Shown here piece by piece: positions 60,383 to 64,000 of a stretch of DNA of 64,000 nucleotides. How positions within the stretch are numbered: the stretch's first letter is position 1; each line of letters opens with the position of its first letter. The translations under genes and the position numbers were made by a program. The notes beneath the pieces were generated by a model. That model did not search any database. It was not told the origin of the DNA and worked only from the letters and a program-made list of their open reading frames with translations. This DNA is from Octopus vulgaris. Its lineage: Eukaryota. The stretch is from positions 3,906,001-3,970,000 of the forward strand of contig OX597828.1 in NCBI GenBank assembly GCA_951406725.2, read 5' to 3'.

Positions 60383-60427
60383 AATAAATGTATTACAAAT
60401 ATATACATTTATATGCATAAATATATG

Positions 60428-60474
<47 letters not shown>

Positions 60475-60495
60475 CAAATATATACACTTATATAT

Positions 60496-60544
<49 letters not shown>

Positions 60545-62061
60545 CATACATATAATTTACCTGTAGCAGTGATCATTGCTGTTTTAGAATCAATACTATT
60601 CGTTTGTATTTTATGTACGAGTATATGGCCATTCAATTTGCCTTCTGTTGTTTTTCTGTTTATTTTTTTTTTACTTCCCTTCAGTGCAAAATCAATGCCA
60701 ATCTTTGAGATATTCACAACGAAAAGAGGCAAAATCATGATAATAAACTTGCTATAGCTAGATCTATATTTATTACCAATTTCTTCCACCACCCTCACTG
60801 ATCCAAACATTTGGTCTTATTTTATTTTATTGTTGAAGGAGTTGTCCGTTCGATTTGTTTATGTCTTGTGCAACAGTTTTCTCCTGCTCTCATTTTCCTG
60901 ACTTTGATTTTTCAATTACGTTTGACATTTTCGTTTATAGCTTTTCGATTTTGATTCGGTGAATGTTTGTTTGTTACATTTAGTATTACTTGTGTGCTGG
61001 AATTATATTTTATTTCCTCTTTTATTGATTTGCTATTTTTTTTCTCTTGTTTAGATTGCGTGTAAGTCAAAACGGATATTTTAGAGCTAGAAAGAAGAGA
61101 CCATTATCTCGATTGAAATATTATCACACTCAGCTGAAATAGGGAAAGATAGGACTTTTACACTTAAACATCTTTCTTTTTTGTTATGTTGATGCTACTG
61201 CGTTCCCGCTGTTGCTTGAAATATGTCAGGTTTTCGTTCGTTTCATTGATTTGATTTCAGTCCAGATGTCACTACGCAACTATCTTTAGATGTCCTACTC
61301 GACGTCTTGTTATAGTAAGTAGATACGTTTCTTCAGGGAGCTCTGCATTTTGTAAAAACTGTTGTATGCATCGGGAAATATTTAGTAAAAGCAGTTTCAG
61401 TCCCACATCAAATTCTAAAACATACAACGTTATGAAAATTGTAACTGGTAAAATATCACTCGAAAAACATTAAAACAGGATAAATTTAATGATTAACTAA
61501 GAGTAAATATGTATATTAATGGGGAAGAAGGAAAGAGCGAAAGAGAGAGGGAGCAACTTGGTGGTGGTGGTGGGGGGAGATGTTACGAATAATTTGAATA
61601 CGTAGTGGTGTCCGGGGGTATTATAAGAGTAACCCAAGTTATTAGAAATATGATACATTTCCCAACAAAAGTAGTCAAATATTCTAATTATCACAATAGA
61701 TGTACAATCTCAGTAGACTTATGAATGAATAAAGAAAAGTAATTCCATAGTTTGTTAAATTAATGGATTACAGAGGAGATATATGTATATAGACGCATAT
61801 ATATTTCCAGTCATGCATTCATATTTATATGGAAAATGCATACACACATACGGATACACACACACACGTACAAACAGAGACAGATACATACACACATGTG
61901 TGCGTGTTTGTGTGAGAATACTGGGTTTATATGAAGGTACAACTGAAATATAAAAATATATTCGTGATATTTTACAACCGGATAAATCCGGGTTCCTAGG
62001 TGACTGATGGGTCTTCCTCAACGTAAGAGCAAAGCATATCGCATATGTATGCTTCTGTTAG

Positions 62062-62094
<33 letters not shown>

Positions 62095-62905
62095 TAAGAG
62101 AAACCTGTGTAATACAGAATCCGTCAAAAACGTAACATCTACATATATACATTTAAATGTTTAGCACAATTTTTTCTGCTGTTTGCTCGTCCCTTAAGCT
62201 GTAATTCAATTTTATTGTTCTTTAGCTATAAAACTGGTCTTTTTGCACTGATCGGTATTAATAAATGATTAACTGAAAACACAATTATCGTTATAATCGC
62301 AAAATACCTTAATTTTATTTGTAATTATTACGACATATGTTTGTTAGTTAATTTCAAATTGCATTTTTATTGTTGGCTTCTCTAGTGTAAAATCGTTCGC
62401 AAAGTAAATAGAGCGGATTTCTGATATTCTGCCATTTCTTGTGGGCGCAACGGTCTCACATATGCATTTACTTACAAGAATGTTTAAATACTGGACATTA
62501 AATCATGTGGGAGGATGTTATGTCTTTATTTCAATATATAGCCATATTCTGCATGCAAGTGTTTCTTGGTATTAAGACATTCACATTTCATTATCATATT
62601 TAAACACTTTTCATCAATTATACAATTATATATTACATACCTACACACACACACGCACACACACACACACGTATATATGTATGCACACACACAAACACAC
62701 AGATACAGACACACACAAACACACAGACACAGACACACACACACATATGTGTGTGTGTGTGGGGGTGCGTGCGTGTGGGGGTGCGTGCGTGTGGGCGTGT
62801 GTCTATAAGAGAGAAAGAGAGACAGAAACAGGGAGAGACGGACAGAAAGAGAGAGAGAAACAAGAGGAGACAAACGGAAAGAGAGAGAGAAAGAGAGAGA
62901 GAGAG

Positions 62906-62943
<38 letters not shown>

Positions 62944-63202
62944 AACAGAGTGAGTTTCGAAAATTTTACTTGTGCAATTAGTATAACGGTTAATTTATTT
63001 AATAAAATTTAAAATTTCAATTTTAATGACAACCTCGTTGAGGAGATCAAAGGCGTTTATGAAAGTTTGATAGCCGGAAACATAATCACGACCATAAATA
63101 TGTGTAATATGTTATGTAATTAGATATGTAGCTTGATATTATAATGATCAGGTAGTAAAGTTATTGCACAAGTGAAATATTCTCTTTATATTTGTATGTT
63201 TG

Positions 63203-63258
<56 letters not shown>

Positions 63259-63422
63259 TGATAGATACATACACACATACACGCACATACATACATTCAT
63301 ACATACATTAGATACATACATACATACATACACACACATATATATAATATTAGGGAGTATAACTCCAAACTTACAGGGAAAAATTCAATTTAGTATTAAA
63401 TCAAATTTCACAGTATAAATAT

Positions 63423-63601
63423 ATATAATATAAATTAGAGATAAAACCACTATTATGCAACTCAAACAGTGATAAACATAAACCAAAACATAAATAACAA
63501 ATGATATATGTTTTCATAAAAATATATTATTTGTTATTTATGTTTTGGTTTATGTCTATCAGTGTTTGAGTTGCATAATAGGGATTTTATTTCTAAACTA
63601 C

Positions 63602-63608
<7 letters not shown>
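63423..63608. repeat. Fold-back inverted repeat (~85 bp arms) between (TA)n-rich tracts
   Basis: CTATTATGCAACTCAAACAGTGATAAACATAAACCAAAACATAAATAACAAAT is mirrored by ATTTGTTATTTATGTTTTGGTTTATGTCTATCAGTGTTTGAGTTGCATAATAG. Confidence 0.9.
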
Positions 63609-63658
<50 letters not shown>

Positions 63659-63880
63659 GAAATATTAAAATAACTAAGTCTCTCTAAAAGAGAACAGCGG
63701 CAGCGTTCCCGGAAAATAATAGTTATCGCCATACTAATATGGCATTCTTATAAAAATAAGAAAAAAGCTGTCCGCTTATTAGCTCCATGAGGCCATCGCC
63801 TTAAGTTAGCTATTTGATACACAAACTGTATCCATATAACCTTCGAACAAGGGAGGTCAGTCGCTCCACACTACTTGACC

Positions 63881-63932
63881 GGCAGCTACAGACGCGTTTC
63901 GGGGTATTGCCCCTTTTCAATGCAGCGTAGCC
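63881..63932 (-). ncRNA. Minimal type I hammerhead with U3-A8 core; predicted cleavage between 63891 and 63890 (GUC)
   Basis: GCUGCA-UUGAAAA-GGGG(CAAUA)CCCC-GAAAC-GC-GUC-UGUAGC; 6-bp stem I, 4-bp stem II, palindromic ACGCGU. Confidence 0.8.
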
Positions 63933-64000
63933 AGCCAGTAGGTGTCGCTTCCGACAATCTCTGTTCGATGGTTTTATTTACCTAGTTTCGGTGGAATACA

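Overview
This is an AT-rich, microsatellite-laden eukaryotic intergenic or intronic window, most likely from an octopus or other coleoid cephalopod (inferred from the SINE families and (TA)n/(TAA)n/(CA)n density; not verified). I could not support any host protein-coding gene. The window is a mosaic of transposons: tRNA-derived SINEs (including MetaSINE-type), mariner fragments, Helitrons (one with a Pif1 fragment), RLE-type LINEs (Dong/R4 in (TAA)n, HERO-like), RT-less Tx1/L1 copies, a CR1-group LINE, Penelope-like (PLE) GIY-YIG relics, MITE/foldback elements and several fold-back hairpins. The main unexplained structure is at 11510-14041: about 4.5 near-identical 561-562 bp non-coding units carrying four complete type I hammerhead ribozyme folds. 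The first 759 bp is inverted in twin-priming geometry, and the inferred RNA 5' end lies 3 nt from the predicted self-cleavage site, making it a candidate retrozyme-like (circular or multimeric ribozyme RNA) insertion. Two other intact hammerhead folds (18611-18684, 63881-63932) have a compensatory U3-A8 core (UUGAAAA), and several degenerate hammerheads are scattered across the window. All folds were paired by eye; activity is untested.
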